This document shows positions 37,854 to 47,196 of a stretch of DNA of 64,000 bases, in pieces (the first letter of the stretch is position 1; every line of letters starts with the position of its first letter). A program made the translations under genes and the position numbers. The stretch spans positions 124,001 to 188,000 of the IMG/VR virus record IMGVR_UViG_3300028920_000022; one strand, given 5' to 3'. Under the pieces are notes generated by a model, which did no database searches, had not been told where the DNA came from, and saw only the letters and a list, made by a program, of their open reading frames with translations.

Positions 37854-39341
37854 ATGGAAATTATTGCAAGGAAACGTTCCGAGGATCCAGCCCAGGAAAA
37901 GCTAAGGGAGCGCAAATCCCAATGGAACGCAGAGGTTAAAACCTTAATTGCACAACTTATTGCTTTTAAACGTGGATTAAATGGCAGAGGGGATCCTAGG
38001 GCAGGATTACCCCCGAGTAATATTAAAAACCCCTTTCCTAGTGAAATAGGTCAATACCTGGAAGAGATGGCAACGCGATATCAGAAAGTAATTACTGAAG
38101 CTAAACAAATTATATCTGAACAGTCTGATTATAGTCAAAAACGTCGCAAAGGAAAGAAAGAGATGCCTTTTCCGGTTGCGGCAAGCGTTGAGAATGAAAT
38201 AGAAAAACAGGCGTCTTGGTGGGGAAGTAGAGCCTGGACATGGTTCACTCAGTATCCTATACTGGGTGGAAAAGATGCAGACAGGGATCGGATAGCCTTG
38301 TTACATACTGCTACGGCTTTGATTGATTATATTGATGAAACCGAGGAAGATTTATCTAAAGGCGGTGATGACGCAATACCTTCTGCTGTATATAAATTAT
38401 TAGCAATGCATCGTGTATTTGATATGCGGTTTATTAAGATATTTAACCGCATGATGGTTCGTCATACTCAGGTAGCTGAAGAAAAAGCCCCTACTGAAGC
38501 ACCAGTTTCGCCTGAAGCAGAACCGGAAAGCTATTTTTCTCCACCAGTACCGGATGAACCTAAGGAAGCACTGAGGATATTGGAAGATTTGTTGCTGATT
38601 GATATACATCACGTTAAGAAACTGTTAGATATTGTGAAGCAGTTGAAAAAAGTGTCGCCGGAAGAATACAAGGGTTTGTATCGAGACTATGAATTGATCG
38701 TGAAACTAGGAGGAGAAACTAGAGCACGATTGCGAGTAGCTCAAAGAAGCCCGGATGATACAGAAGAGCTGGCTTCGGCAATGTCTCTTTATAAAGATGT
38801 ATTAATTCGGTACAATAAAGTGTTAAATATATTTAAACGGGCATTGGGAGTTAATGGAAATAGATTCAGAACTTTGTTGGAGCAAGCAGAAGAAACTTAT
38901 AAGAGGGAAATTTCTGCTATGTACGGTCCTGAAATAGAAAAATTAGCCCAGAAATCTCTTAAACGGTGGTGGCGCAGAACTCGGTTGGGTCTTTTCCCGC
39001 GCGAAGAAGACAGAATGAAACGAGATGTTTTGTTGAAGACCCAGGAATTAACTCGTTTATTGAATCATATGCAGGATTTGTTAGAAGAAAAGTATACAAC
39101 AGCTGCCCAAGTGTGGCAACATGTTGCTGATTCGTCCGAATTATTAGCTGAAGTATTTGGGATGATATTAAATCTTTCTGAATACCATAATGCAATGGAA
39201 GCTGATAAGAAATTAAAGAAGACCAAACAACCATCCACAAAAATTGATCGAGATAACCGCATTAAATTAACAAAGTGCCAGAAATATTATAAAGATTTGA
39301 GTAATTTCTTGCAACGAACCATGGGTTCCGCTGAGCAATAA
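37854..39341 (+). CDS. large helical hypothetical protein (candidate virion protein)
   Basis: Repeated EIEKQA / EIEKLA sites; motif upstream. Confidence 0.7.
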   Translation: MEIIARKRSEDPAQEKLRERKSQWNAEVKTLIAQLIAFKRGLNGRGDPRAGLPPSNIKNPFPSEIGQYLEEMATRYQKVITEAKQIISEQSDYSQKRRKGKKEMPFPVAASVENEIEKQASWWGSRAWTWFTQYPILGGKDADRDRIALLHTATALIDYIDETEEDLSKGGDDAIPSAVYKLLAMHRVFDMRFIKIFNRMMVRHTQVAEEKAPTEAPVSPEAEPESYFSPPVPDEPKEALRILEDLLLIDIHHVKKLLDIVKQLKKVSPEEYKGLYRDYELIVKLGGETRARLRVAQRSPDDTEELASAMSLYKDVLIRYNKVLNIFKRALGVNGNRFRTLLEQAEETYKREISAMYGPEIEKLAQKSLKRWWRRTRLGLFPREEDRMKRDVLLKTQELTRLLNHMQDLLEEKYTTAAQVWQHVADSSELLAEVFGMILNLSEYHNAMEADKKLKKTKQPSTKIDRDNRIKLTKCQKYYKDLSNFLQRTMGSAEQ

Positions 39342-39733
39342 TGGACAAAGTAGTTTTTGGAAAACATGAATTACCTACTTTAGTAGCCATTACTGAAGAC
39401 GAACAAGTACAAGGATTAATGTATAAGAGTTGGCCGCCACCCATAATGAGTTTTCCCTTTAAACAATCTAAAGTTCGTAAGTTCTGGATGAGAAACACTA
39501 TTTCTCCGTTAGATATTATATTTTGCCGCGGCAACAAAGTTATTTCTATAATATCTGGAGAACCGTTATCATTAAAACAGGTAGGTCCAGATGAACCCTG
39601 CGATTTAGTTGTTGAATTACCAAAGGGTACAGCTGAGAATATAGGTATTACTGCAGGTAGCATTGTTAAATTGCAGCTATCAACAAACACATTAGCTAAG
39701 AAATATGCAAGTTTTTTGAGCCAAATGAAATAA
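39341..39733 (+). CDS. DUF192 family protein
   Basis: QGLMY, FWMRNTISPLDIIF, VVELPKG..GI..G. Confidence 0.9.
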   Translation: MDKVVFGKHELPTLVAITEDEQVQGLMYKSWPPPIMSFPFKQSKVRKFWMRNTISPLDIIFCRGNKVISIISGEPLSLKQVGPDEPCDLVVELPKGTAENIGITAGSIVKLQLSTNTLAKKYASFLSQMK

Positions 39734-39742
39734 TTATCTTGC

Positions 39743-39771
39743 TTGACAAGTGCCCGAACTTACGATAGATT
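39743..39771 (+). promoter_or_regulatory. sigma70-like promoter, probably leaderless
   Basis: TTGACA-17-TAGATT; ATG 7 nt downstream. Confidence 0.7.
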
Positions 39772-39778
39772 GCTGTAC

Positions 39779-40156
39779 ATGACTACTCTAGCGAAGTGTT
39801 TTGGTGCGCTTGTTGCATCAGGCAACGGGTTTCAGTGCGACAATTTGCGGGTTCTACTCAGACAGAATCTGTTACTTACTGACAGGTTTACTGGGCAATC
39901 TCGTGTATGGTTACATAAGTTTGGTAGGAAACAATTTCCTAATTCACATAGACTTCTTCGTACAGAAATTGCAGAAGAAATAGATATTTTATACGAAGAT
40001 GTACCTACAGTTTTATTACAAAAGCGTATGGATCATGGGGCGGTTTTTACTCACGATCCAGTTTGGCAAAAAGAAATTGAATCTTGGCATTTCTCAGATA
40101 TTTTAGAAGATGCGATGAGAAAAGGAAAATGGAACGGAACAGTTGGATCTTCTTGA
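39779..40156 (+). CDS. hypothetical protein
   Basis: Start reassigned to ATG after promoter. Confidence 0.65.
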   Translation: MTTLAKCFGALVASGNGFQCDNLRVLLRQNLLLTDRFTGQSRVWLHKFGRKQFPNSHRLLRTEIAEEIDILYEDVPTVLLQKRMDHGAVFTHDPVWQKEIESWHFSDILEDAMRKGKWNGTVGSS

Positions 40157-40181
40157 CAAAAAGCTATCGTTCGGTTATTGT
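40153..40181 (+). promoter_or_regulatory. sigma70-like promoter, probably leaderless
   Basis: TTGACA-17-TATTGT; ATG 6 nt downstream. Confidence 0.65.
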
Positions 40182-40187
40182 TGCAGC

Positions 40188-41207
40188 ATGAATGAAGATA
40201 TCAACAAACTGAACGAAGTTCTGGTGGGTTATAAGATCAACGCTAGTTGTGTTGCCGTTAATCGGCACCGCAATTTAGCCATGTATGATATTAAACTTAA
40301 TCCGGGATGTAGGATTCGTAAGCTTGAGCTGTATGCTCGTGAGATTGCGCTGGCACTGAAAAGTAAAAACCCTACTGTAAGGGAAGTTCCTACGGAAGGA
40401 ATTGTTAGATTTACGGTTGCCGAACGTGACCCAGAGGTGTTACCATTTGAATCGCTGGCTGAAGGACCTCGACCTGCTGGTGTTTTGCCTTTGCTTCTAG
40501 GGGAGACCGAAACAGGCGAGAAGCTGTGGATTAAAATGGAAAAAAATCCACATCTACTTGTGGCAGGTGAAACCGGTTCGGGTAAAACTACCGTACTTCA
40601 CACGATTATTGCAAACGTTATTGGTCGTGAGGATGTGTGGCTCTATTTAATTGATCCGAAGAATGGGTTGGAGTTTGGAATCTACGAAAACAAAGCCTAC
40701 AAAATTGCATACGATTACGATGCGGCTTTGGATATGTTGGACGATATTCGTTTTAACATGGATATGCGTGGTAAATTCCTAAATGAAATTGGTAAGCGGA
40801 GTATTGAAGACGATCCTTCGATACTTCCTCCGGTTCTTGTAGTGATTGACGAGATTGCTGCTTTGATGTTGTGGGATTCTGATAAAAAGAACCCACAAAA
40901 AGGAAGTTTTGAAAGAAAACTGGTAGATATTGCCCAGCGATCCCGTTCGTCTGGCATTTACATTGTTTTGGCGACGCAGCGCCCATCTACGGACGTGGTA
41001 ACTGGGCTAATAAAAGCTAATTTTCCTGCTCGGATTGCATGCAGAGTCAGTTCTTCTGTGGATTCTAAGGTCATTTTGGATCAGACTGGAGCCGAAAACC
41101 TTACACCCAGAAGCCATGCTATAATTAGCAGTCCTGAATTATTTGCAACATTTAAAGTTGCTTATACTACAGCAGAAGACAACGTCAAGAGAACTCTATC
41201 TGTATAA
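40188..41207 (+). CDS. FtsK/SpoIIIE-like ATPase (alpha/beta motor only)
   Basis: PHLLVAGETGSGKT, LIDPK, VIDE, LATQRPS, IKANFPARI, DSKVILDQTGAE. Confidence 0.92.
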   Translation: MNEDINKLNEVLVGYKINASCVAVNRHRNLAMYDIKLNPGCRIRKLELYAREIALALKSKNPTVREVPTEGIVRFTVAERDPEVLPFESLAEGPRPAGVLPLLLGETETGEKLWIKMEKNPHLLVAGETGSGKTTVLHTIIANVIGREDVWLYLIDPKNGLEFGIYENKAYKIAYDYDAALDMLDDIRFNMDMRGKFLNEIGKRSIEDDPSILPPVLVVIDEIAALMLWDSDKKNPQKGSFERKLVDIAQRSRSSGIYIVLATQRPSTDVVTGLIKANFPARIACRVSSSVDSKVILDQTGAENLTPRSHAIISSPELFATFKVAYTTAEDNVKRTLSV

Positions 41208-41293
41208 TTAGCAGTTTCGTTGTCGAGAGGGTCACGGTTTTCTAACCCAAGCTTAGGCGAAAATACATTTGAACCTAAGCTCAGGGAGCTTGA

Positions 41294-42811
41294 ATGCAAG
41301 AAACGTCCACGATAGTTGAACAAATAAATGAAATTGCGCAAATTTTACAAGAGGAAGATTTAGATGAGTGGGTAGTACCACAACTGTTAGAGTTTTATTC
41401 TAGTAGAATAAACAGCTTAGCAATAAAAGCCTACGGACCTTCTGCTATTAATAGTGAAGGTCCCTCTCTTGCTCAGCTAGCCTTTAAAGAGCGTGCAAAA
41501 TCTGAGTTGCGTTCTGCTGTTTATACTTTTATTTTCAAATCTGAGCATTGGCGCAATGGTAGAGATATTAATACATATCTTTTAACTTGTTTAAATCGTT
41601 TGGCTGATAGAATTCGGTGGGATACTGATAGTATTAGAAAAACAAACACTCCCGTATGTCCAGCCGCCAAATATCTTCAAAGAAAAGAATTTTTAGTTCA
41701 AGAAGGAAGGTTGTTGCGGTCACAATTTTGTGTGGAAGAGTTGGAAAGAGCTACAGATGAAATAAAAAATCTGCGTAACAAAGAGGAGAAGACAGAACTA
41801 GATCATCAAATGTTATTAAAACTTGAGCTGCGTTCGCGTTTGTTTCGGGCATTTTCTTTACATTCTCGCAAAGGATATCGTTGTCCTGATTGTTTTAGAT
41901 TTATTCCTGAATCATGGAATGGTCCTAATGGTATTTCTTGTCCGTATGATGATTGTATGTTTGGTGGTGACATAAACAGCCTTGAGAGAATGGCACACCC
42001 CGTTGGGCTTACTCAGAGAACTGATCTTAGCCTGCAAACACCAATGTCCGATTCAGAAAGAGACAGCAAACAGATACAGGATACGTTTGTGGCAGAAGTA
42101 ATCGATGCGGATACGCGAATGGAAGTAAATGAAAACTTCAATGAAGAGTTTCGAGTATTAACTGACGTTATTGATGAGCAGGTAAATTCTATTAAACGAA
42201 CAAACTCTGCCGGAACATTGGTACAGAAGCTTCGTATGTACGAAGCATACAAAAATATGTTAAATAAATATCCAGAAGATATGGTGTCGTATTTGGTGCA
42301 CCGCAAGCAGAGTGCAGATTTTCCTATACAGTCTAGGATTTTTCAGGAATATGTTGGTTTAATGCAGGATACGTTGCCTTTTGAAATAAAGCGCGGGGAA
42401 GATACCTATGACGTATTATCTCTAACGGATCCTAATATTTCTTTATTCTTGGGCGTTTCTGAGTTTAATGCTACTGTTCGAAGCGATTTGACTATACCTA
42501 ACTGTACCACAGAAAGCTACATTGGAGGAAGAAAATTTAAAGATTATGGACCATGTTTTATTGGGATGATTATTGATGTTATTGATCGTAATGCTGGAGA
42601 ATCAATCAAGGACAAGATTAAAGAATATAGTTTTGTGCAGATCAAAATGCATGAAACTGTTGTGCCTGGAACACCAGTAAAAGTTACACATTATCGTATC
42701 CCGTCTCATTATGAGATGGGGAATCTCGTGTATCTTCAACGTGTGAGAAAAAAGATAGTAGACAAGGTTTACTATTTGATGCATGGCGAAAAGCGCGTGC
42801 CGGGAAATTAA
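41294..42811 (+). CDS. putative divergent RNA polymerase sigma-like protein with zinc-finger insert
   Basis: AVYTF..WRNGRDINTYLLTCLNRLA resembles sigma regions 2.3-2.4; LSLQTPMSDSERDSKQIQDTF resembles region 3.2; CPDC..CPYDDC. Confidence 0.45.
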   Translation: MQETSTIVEQINEIAQILQEEDLDEWVVPQLLEFYSSRINSLAIKAYGPSAINSEGPSLAQLAFKERAKSELRSAVYTFIFKSEHWRNGRDINTYLLTCLNRLADRIRWDTDSIRKTNTPVCPAAKYLQRKEFLVQEGRLLRSQFCVEELERATDEIKNLRNKEEKTELDHQMLLKLELRSRLFRAFSLHSRKGYRCPDCFRFIPESWNGPNGISCPYDDCMFGGDINSLERMAHPVGLTQRTDLSLQTPMSDSERDSKQIQDTFVAEVIDADTRMEVNENFNEEFRVLTDVIDEQVNSIKRTNSAGTLVQKLRMYEAYKNMLNKYPEDMVSYLVHRKQSADFPIQSRIFQEYVGLMQDTLPFEIKRGEDTYDVLSLTDPNISLFLGVSEFNATVRSDLTIPNCTTESYIGGRKFKDYGPCFIGMIIDVIDRNAGESIKDKIKEYSFVQIKMHETVVPGTPVKVTHYRIPSHYEMGNLVYLQRVRKKIVDKVYYLMHGEKRVPGN

Positions 42812-42885
42812 TGTATATTCAACCAATGTCCCTACCAAATGGGTTAATATTTTCTCTTAATTTTCCGTATGCGCCACGAAGAGTC

Positions 42886-42915
42886 TTGATTTGCGCATAG
42901 CTTTTGTGGTATGAT
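42886..42915 (+). promoter_or_regulatory. sigma70-like promoter, probably leaderless
   Basis: TTGATT-18-TATGAT with TG; ATG 6 nt downstream. Confidence 0.6.
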
Positions 42916-42921
42916 TGCGTC

Positions 42922-44391
42922 ATGAAAATTAGAAACATACGTTTAGGTTTTGCTACCAACAGTTCTAGTAGCCATAGCATTGTTGTAATTAATGGTGGGG
43001 TTAGCACTTCTAATAGCAATGAACAAGATTTTGGTTGGGATAATTTTACTCTCGGCTCGTATAAATCAAAACTAGAATATCTAGGGCAAATATTAAAAGA
43101 ATCATTTTGTCGTTGGAATTCTTTAGGAAGTAAAGAAGCGGCGCTTCTAGCTAGTAGCTGGTTAGGTATTGATGTAGATCCGAATGGATATATTGATCAT
43201 CAAAGTATGTGGGTGATACCACGTGATTATAAAATTGACTCTTATTGGGGCGCGGGACATATGCCAAGCCGTGAGTTGGTTGAGGCGATGAAATGTGAAT
43301 TACACCGAAAAGATATAGTTATTTTAGGTGGTAATGATAATAGCGACGGACACCCGTTAGCGGATAACGATCTTGCTCCTGCTTTTGCAGGGTTTGATAG
43401 AGATTATTATCGTGGAGAGTGTATAGTAAGGCATGATGAAACGTATGATTATTGGACCATGTTTGATCACACTTCAGGAAATAAAGTAAGATTCAACTTT
43501 ACTGAGAATAGTATTACCAGAGCTGAAGCTCCTGAATTAGTGGATATAAAAATTACTGATAAATGTACCAGGAATTGTAAGTTTTGTTATCAGGATTCTA
43601 AAGTGGATGGTAAACATGCGGACATGTCAGTTATTAGAGAAATTATTAAAACCCTGCATGAAGTGAAGGTATTTGAAGTGGCTCTTGGTGGTGGAGAACC
43701 CACAGAACACCCAGAGTTTATAGCTATATTAAAGAGTTTTAATTCGGTGGGAATTGTTCCTAATTTTTCTACGCGCAATGTAAAATGGGTAAAAGACAAC
43801 ATAGAGGAATTACGTGATGCTGGTGTAGGCGGAATAGGTATTAGTGTTGATAATGTTGAAGATGTAAAACGTGTTCTTTTCCACCTACAGGATGTGAATA
43901 AATTAAATTCACAAGGAGAACATAAACCTTCTATTGTGTTGCATCACGTAGTAGGGGTTGCTCCTGAAAAAGAGTTTGTAGAAATATTAGAATTGGCTCA
44001 AAAGGTTGGATATAGACCATGGGGAGCTAGCGGATGGGCAAATAATCCCTTGCTCCTTTTGGGTTATAAAACTACCGGACGAGGTGGGCAATTTGTTCCG
44101 CATCAGTTTGATGTAATAAAGTTGCTCAAAAATCTTAAGAAAGAACAAGGGTACAACATTGGTGTAGATACGGCGTTTATTGATCAACATAAAGATGAAT
44201 TGTCTAAGCTTACCGATCCGATTTATTGGACAGCAGGCGAAGGTAACTTTTCATTTTATATGGACGCTGTGAACCATAAAATGGGCAACTCTTCATACGA
44301 TCCCTGCCTAATTTCTCTTGCTTTGGGAGATGAATTTAAGGAAATCTATGCGCTAACTCCTGAAGAGAGAATCATTAAAGAGATTGTATGA
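42922..44391 (+). CDS. radical SAM protein with N-terminal TNSSS domain and C-terminal tag
   Basis: IRLGFATNSSSSHS; CTRNCKFCY; ALGGGEP; ends LTPEERIIKEIV. Confidence 0.9.
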   Translation: MKIRNIRLGFATNSSSSHSIVVINGGVSTSNSNEQDFGWDNFTLGSYKSKLEYLGQILKESFCRWNSLGSKEAALLASSWLGIDVDPNGYIDHQSMWVIPRDYKIDSYWGAGHMPSRELVEAMKCELHRKDIVILGGNDNSDGHPLADNDLAPAFAGFDRDYYRGECIVRHDETYDYWTMFDHTSGNKVRFNFTENSITRAEAPELVDIKITDKCTRNCKFCYQDSKVDGKHADMSVIREIIKTLHEVKVFEVALGGGEPTEHPEFIAILKSFNSVGIVPNFSTRNVKWVKDNIEELRDAGVGGIGISVDNVEDVKRVLFHLQDVNKLNSQGEHKPSIVLHHVVGVAPEKEFVEILELAQKVGYRPWGASGWANNPLLLLGYKTTGRGGQFVPHQFDVIKLLKNLKKEQGYNIGVDTAFIDQHKDELSKLTDPIYWTAGEGNFSFYMDAVNHKMGNSSYDPCLISLALGDEFKEIYALTPEERIIKEIV

Positions 44392-45011
44392 TTGGGGACA
44401 TAGATAAACAATATTGGGCTAAAGGCAAATCTGTTGTTGGTTTCGATGAAGCCGGCAGGGGACCAATAGCAGGAGATATGTTTCTATCTTTGGTGGAATT
44501 ATATCCTTTAGAAGAGTTTCCGTTTGAATTAAAAGATTCGAAAGGATATAAAGATAATAAAAGATTAGAAATAGAACAGAAAATTATAGAAGCAAACGTA
44601 GTAAAAAATTATACTCTTTCTTCTGTAACTGTGGAAGAAATAAATACCGGGATGAATTTGAATCGTTTATTGCACCATGCTGTTTGTAATAAAATTATGC
44701 AGTTGATTGCCGGTGGACTTCAGATGCAGAACATGATATTGTTAGTGGACGGAAATCAACCCATTAAAGGATTACAAGATTCTCTGCAACATGTTCAACC
44801 AAAGCTAGATACATTGAGTTGGTCATGTGCTGTTGCTTCAATATTTGCGAAGAATGCTCAGGTGCGATCGATGCATGAATTGGACAAGAAGTATCCGGAA
44901 TATGGGTTTACATCTCACAAGGGATATGCTAAAGAGAAGCACTACGAAGCTATAAAAACATATGGGACATGCGAAGCTCATAGGGTAGGGTGGATTCATG
45001 CGAAGACTTGA
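44388..45011 (+). CDS. rnhB: ribonuclease HII
   Basis: GFDEAGRGPIAG, DSK, VDGN, ASIFAK, YPEYGF..HKGY, HR. Confidence 0.92.
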   Translation: MIGDIDKQYWAKGKSVVGFDEAGRGPIAGDMFLSLVELYPLEEFPFELKDSKGYKDNKRLEIEQKIIEANVVKNYTLSSVTVEEINTGMNLNRLLHHAVCNKIMQLIAGGLQMQNMILLVDGNQPIKGLQDSLQHVQPKLDTLSWSCAVASIFAKNAQVRSMHELDKKYPEYGFTSHKGYAKEKHYEAIKTYGTCEAHRVGWIHAKT

Positions 45012-45864
45012 TAAACTTGAGCAGGAACTGGATGATGCCATTGAGTCCAGGGAAATATTGTATGAACAGTTAGTTGAAGCCAGGCTTAAGCTACATTGTC
45101 TACAGAAACAGGCGAAGCTATGTGTTATATCGTGTGATGGCACGTCAGACGATGATAATGAGCCGGCTACGCTTGTCGCGCGTACCGTTGACCGCTTGAC
45201 TGCTGAGGTAGAGCGGATGCGTCCGGTGGTCGAAATAGTAGGACAAATGGTCGATCATCCGGAGCCCGATGAATGGGTAGCTCCACACCGTGGTCTTGCC
45301 ACCGCGTATGCGGCTTTCCGCGCCGCTGCCCCGAAGACCAAGCAACCGGAGCCGTGCGTGGACGACGATCAGCGCTGGTCTTTCGTTGTCGAATGCACGG
45401 GCGAGGACGGCGGGCAACTTGTGTCCAGCACATGCACCGGCAAGGTTCCCGAATCGTTTCTGGCACTGCGCGAGGTGGCACTATCGCTCGGCGAGGCGGA
45501 GTATTGTCCGTGTACAAAGCACGTGGACGCGGACACCGGCAAGCGCACCACGGACGATCCGAAGCAACCGGAGGCGGACGGGGAGGAGAAGTGCCCCACG
45601 GGGACTGCAGAACTTTCTTGGGTATGCATTCCTGGCACGGACGATTGGTTTTGTATTTTGGGAGACAAAGTTATAGCACAAGCAAGCCCTCCGCATGTAC
45701 AGACCTGTGGAGCCTGTGGACATAAACCCAAGAGCGAATGGGTATTAGTTTTGTACGAACAAGATGGGACTGTTGCGGAAAGCATGAAAGAAACTCCAGA
45801 TTTAGAATATGTGAAATATGCGGTTGGATTGTTTGCCGAAGAGGAATATGGAATCAGAAATTGA
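44998..45864 (+). CDS. mosaic hypothetical protein containing a GC-rich segment
   Basis: 288-aa ORF; ~45140-45610 visibly GC-rich. Confidence 0.65.
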   Translation: MRRLDKLEQELDDAIESREILYEQLVEARLKLHCLQKQAKLCVISCDGTSDDDNEPATLVARTVDRLTAEVERMRPVVEIVGQMVDHPEPDEWVAPHRGLATAYAAFRAAAPKTKQPEPCVDDDQRWSFVVECTGEDGGQLVSSTCTGKVPESFLALREVALSLGEAEYCPCTKHVDADTGKRTTDDPKQPEADGEEKCPTGTAELSWVCIPGTDDWFCILGDKVIAQASPPHVQTCGACGHKPKSEWVLVLYEQDGTVAESMKETPDLEYVKYAVGLFAEEEYGIRN

Positions 45865-46156
45865 AGTCTATTCGCTCGTCATGGAGGATCTTCATCCCCA
45901 CCCTATTCATGGTGGAGGATCATATTGTAGATTGTTCAGTACAAAAGAGAAAGCCATTAAGTGTGCGTGCGAATGGATTAAAGAATATATCGAAAACATG
46001 GACGAAGACATGATCGAGGTGTATTACGAATCAGGCGATTTGGATGAAGTGTTGGCACTTATTGCAAAAGAGAATTATACGTTAGCATACGATAAATATT
46101 CTGGATTTGCTGATTACGATGCTTGTCCTCAAGTACATAAAGAGCGAGTGATTTAA
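45848..46156 (+). CDS. acidic hypothetical protein
   Basis: SD GAGG; operon-packed. Confidence 0.65.
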   Translation: MESEIEVYSLVMEDLHPHPIHGGGSYCRLFSTKEKAIKCACEWIKEYIENMDEDMIEVYYESGDLDEVLALIAKENYTLAYDKYSGFADYDACPQVHKERVI

Positions 46157-46170
46157 CTAGGAGAATAAAA

Positions 46171-46461
46171 ATGAAAACAGGTTGTTATATTTTATATGTT
46201 CCAGCAATGATTCTTTCAACTCTATTGTATGCTTATGTGTTTAGTAGTTTGTGGGGGTGGTATATGGTGGGATTTTGTGATCTTCAGCCGATGAGCATTA
46301 AAGTAGCAGTCGGTATATCTATTTTAGTTGATATACTTATTACTAGTCATGTTGCTTATGTAACTATGTTCGCGGAAAAAAAGCTAGACTTTAGCTATCA
46401 AGTAAGACACGCTGTTTCCAGAATGTTTGCAATTCCGTTAATATTTTTGTTTGTCGGATGA
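46171..46461 (+). CDS. membrane protein
   Basis: Hydrophobic helices, SLWGWY. Confidence 0.7.
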   Translation: MKTGCYILYVPAMILSTLLYAYVFSSLWGWYMVGFCDLQPMSIKVAVGISILVDILITSHVAYVTMFAEKKLDFSYQVRHAVSRMFAIPLIFLFVG

Positions 46462-46492
46462 TTGATGTTATTTTTCGTATAAGGAAAAACCA

Positions 46493-46645
46493 ATGATCGA
46501 TACACTAATAATTGTAAGTACGTCGGTTGTATTGAGCCTATTTTTACTTTGGTTTGGTAAAGTGACTGGCTTTGACGGATGGATGCGACGTATAATTAGG
46601 CGGGCAGCTACGGACGCCTATCTAGGAAAAAAAGATGGAAAATAA
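46493..46645 (+). CDS. small membrane protein (50 aa, not in ORF track)
   Basis: MIDTLIIVSTSVVLSLFLLWFG...; SD AAGGA. Confidence 0.55.
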   Translation: MIDTLIIVSTSVVLSLFLLWFGKVTGFDGWMRRIIRRAATDAYLGKKDGK

Positions 46646-46823
46646 GAAACCTATTCGTGCAGCTCCGTGCCCGAAGTGCCGTAGTACCAACCTCGGATAT
46701 TGTTTCTGTTTCGGTTGGTTTAGTGTTATCTGCAACGCATGCGGATACAAAGGTCCGGAAACGCAGAACGATGTAACATACATTCAGGCGTGGAACGAGG
46801 TTCCTTATGAAGACACCGCGTGA
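46635..46823 (+). CDS. Lar-like (restriction alleviation) zinc-ribbon protein
   Basis: PCPKC...VICNACG..GP..AWN. Confidence 0.6.
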   Translation: MENKKPIRAAPCPKCRSTNLGYCFCFGWFSVICNACGYKGPETQNDVTYIQAWNEVPYEDTA

Positions 46824-47196
46824 CATTCCTGTTTTAGAAAGAGAATTGCTAAACGAAGTATATGTGGACGTAGATCATCACATTGATGCTGGTGCTTATA
46901 TTTATTTTGGTTTTACCGCAGCCGCAGATTCCTGTTTGGAGAATTGGAAAAAAGAAATTATTGAATACGAAAATGGATGGAATTTTGTTCCCGGAGACGT
47001 GATGCCTTCGGAAAATGATATTGTTATAATTGCTTATTGTTGTACAGGTGGTAGCAAAGATTGTCATGTGGCTTTTGGGTATTTTGATTACGATCAAAAG
47101 AAATGGCGTTTAGAATGTGGTGCGGATCTCGAAGCGTCAGGTCGTGTCGTTTATGCTTGGCGTCATAAAATGCAGCCACCGGAGATGTTGAAATGA
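46807..47196 (+). CDS. DUF551-like phage protein
   Basis: WNFV..MP..VII....W....V.AW..K..PP. Confidence 0.55.
   Translation: MKTPRDIPVLERELLNEVYVDVDHHIDAGAYIYFGFTAAADSCLENWKKEIIEYENGWNFVPGDVMPSENDIVIIAYCCTGGSKDCHVAFGYFDYDQKKWRLECGADLEASGRVVYAWRHKMQPPEMLK

Noticed and set aside
45145-45785. Multiple overlapping ORFs in several frames
   Set aside because: Expected from stop-codon scarcity in the GC-rich segment; only 44998-45864 joins the flanking operon.
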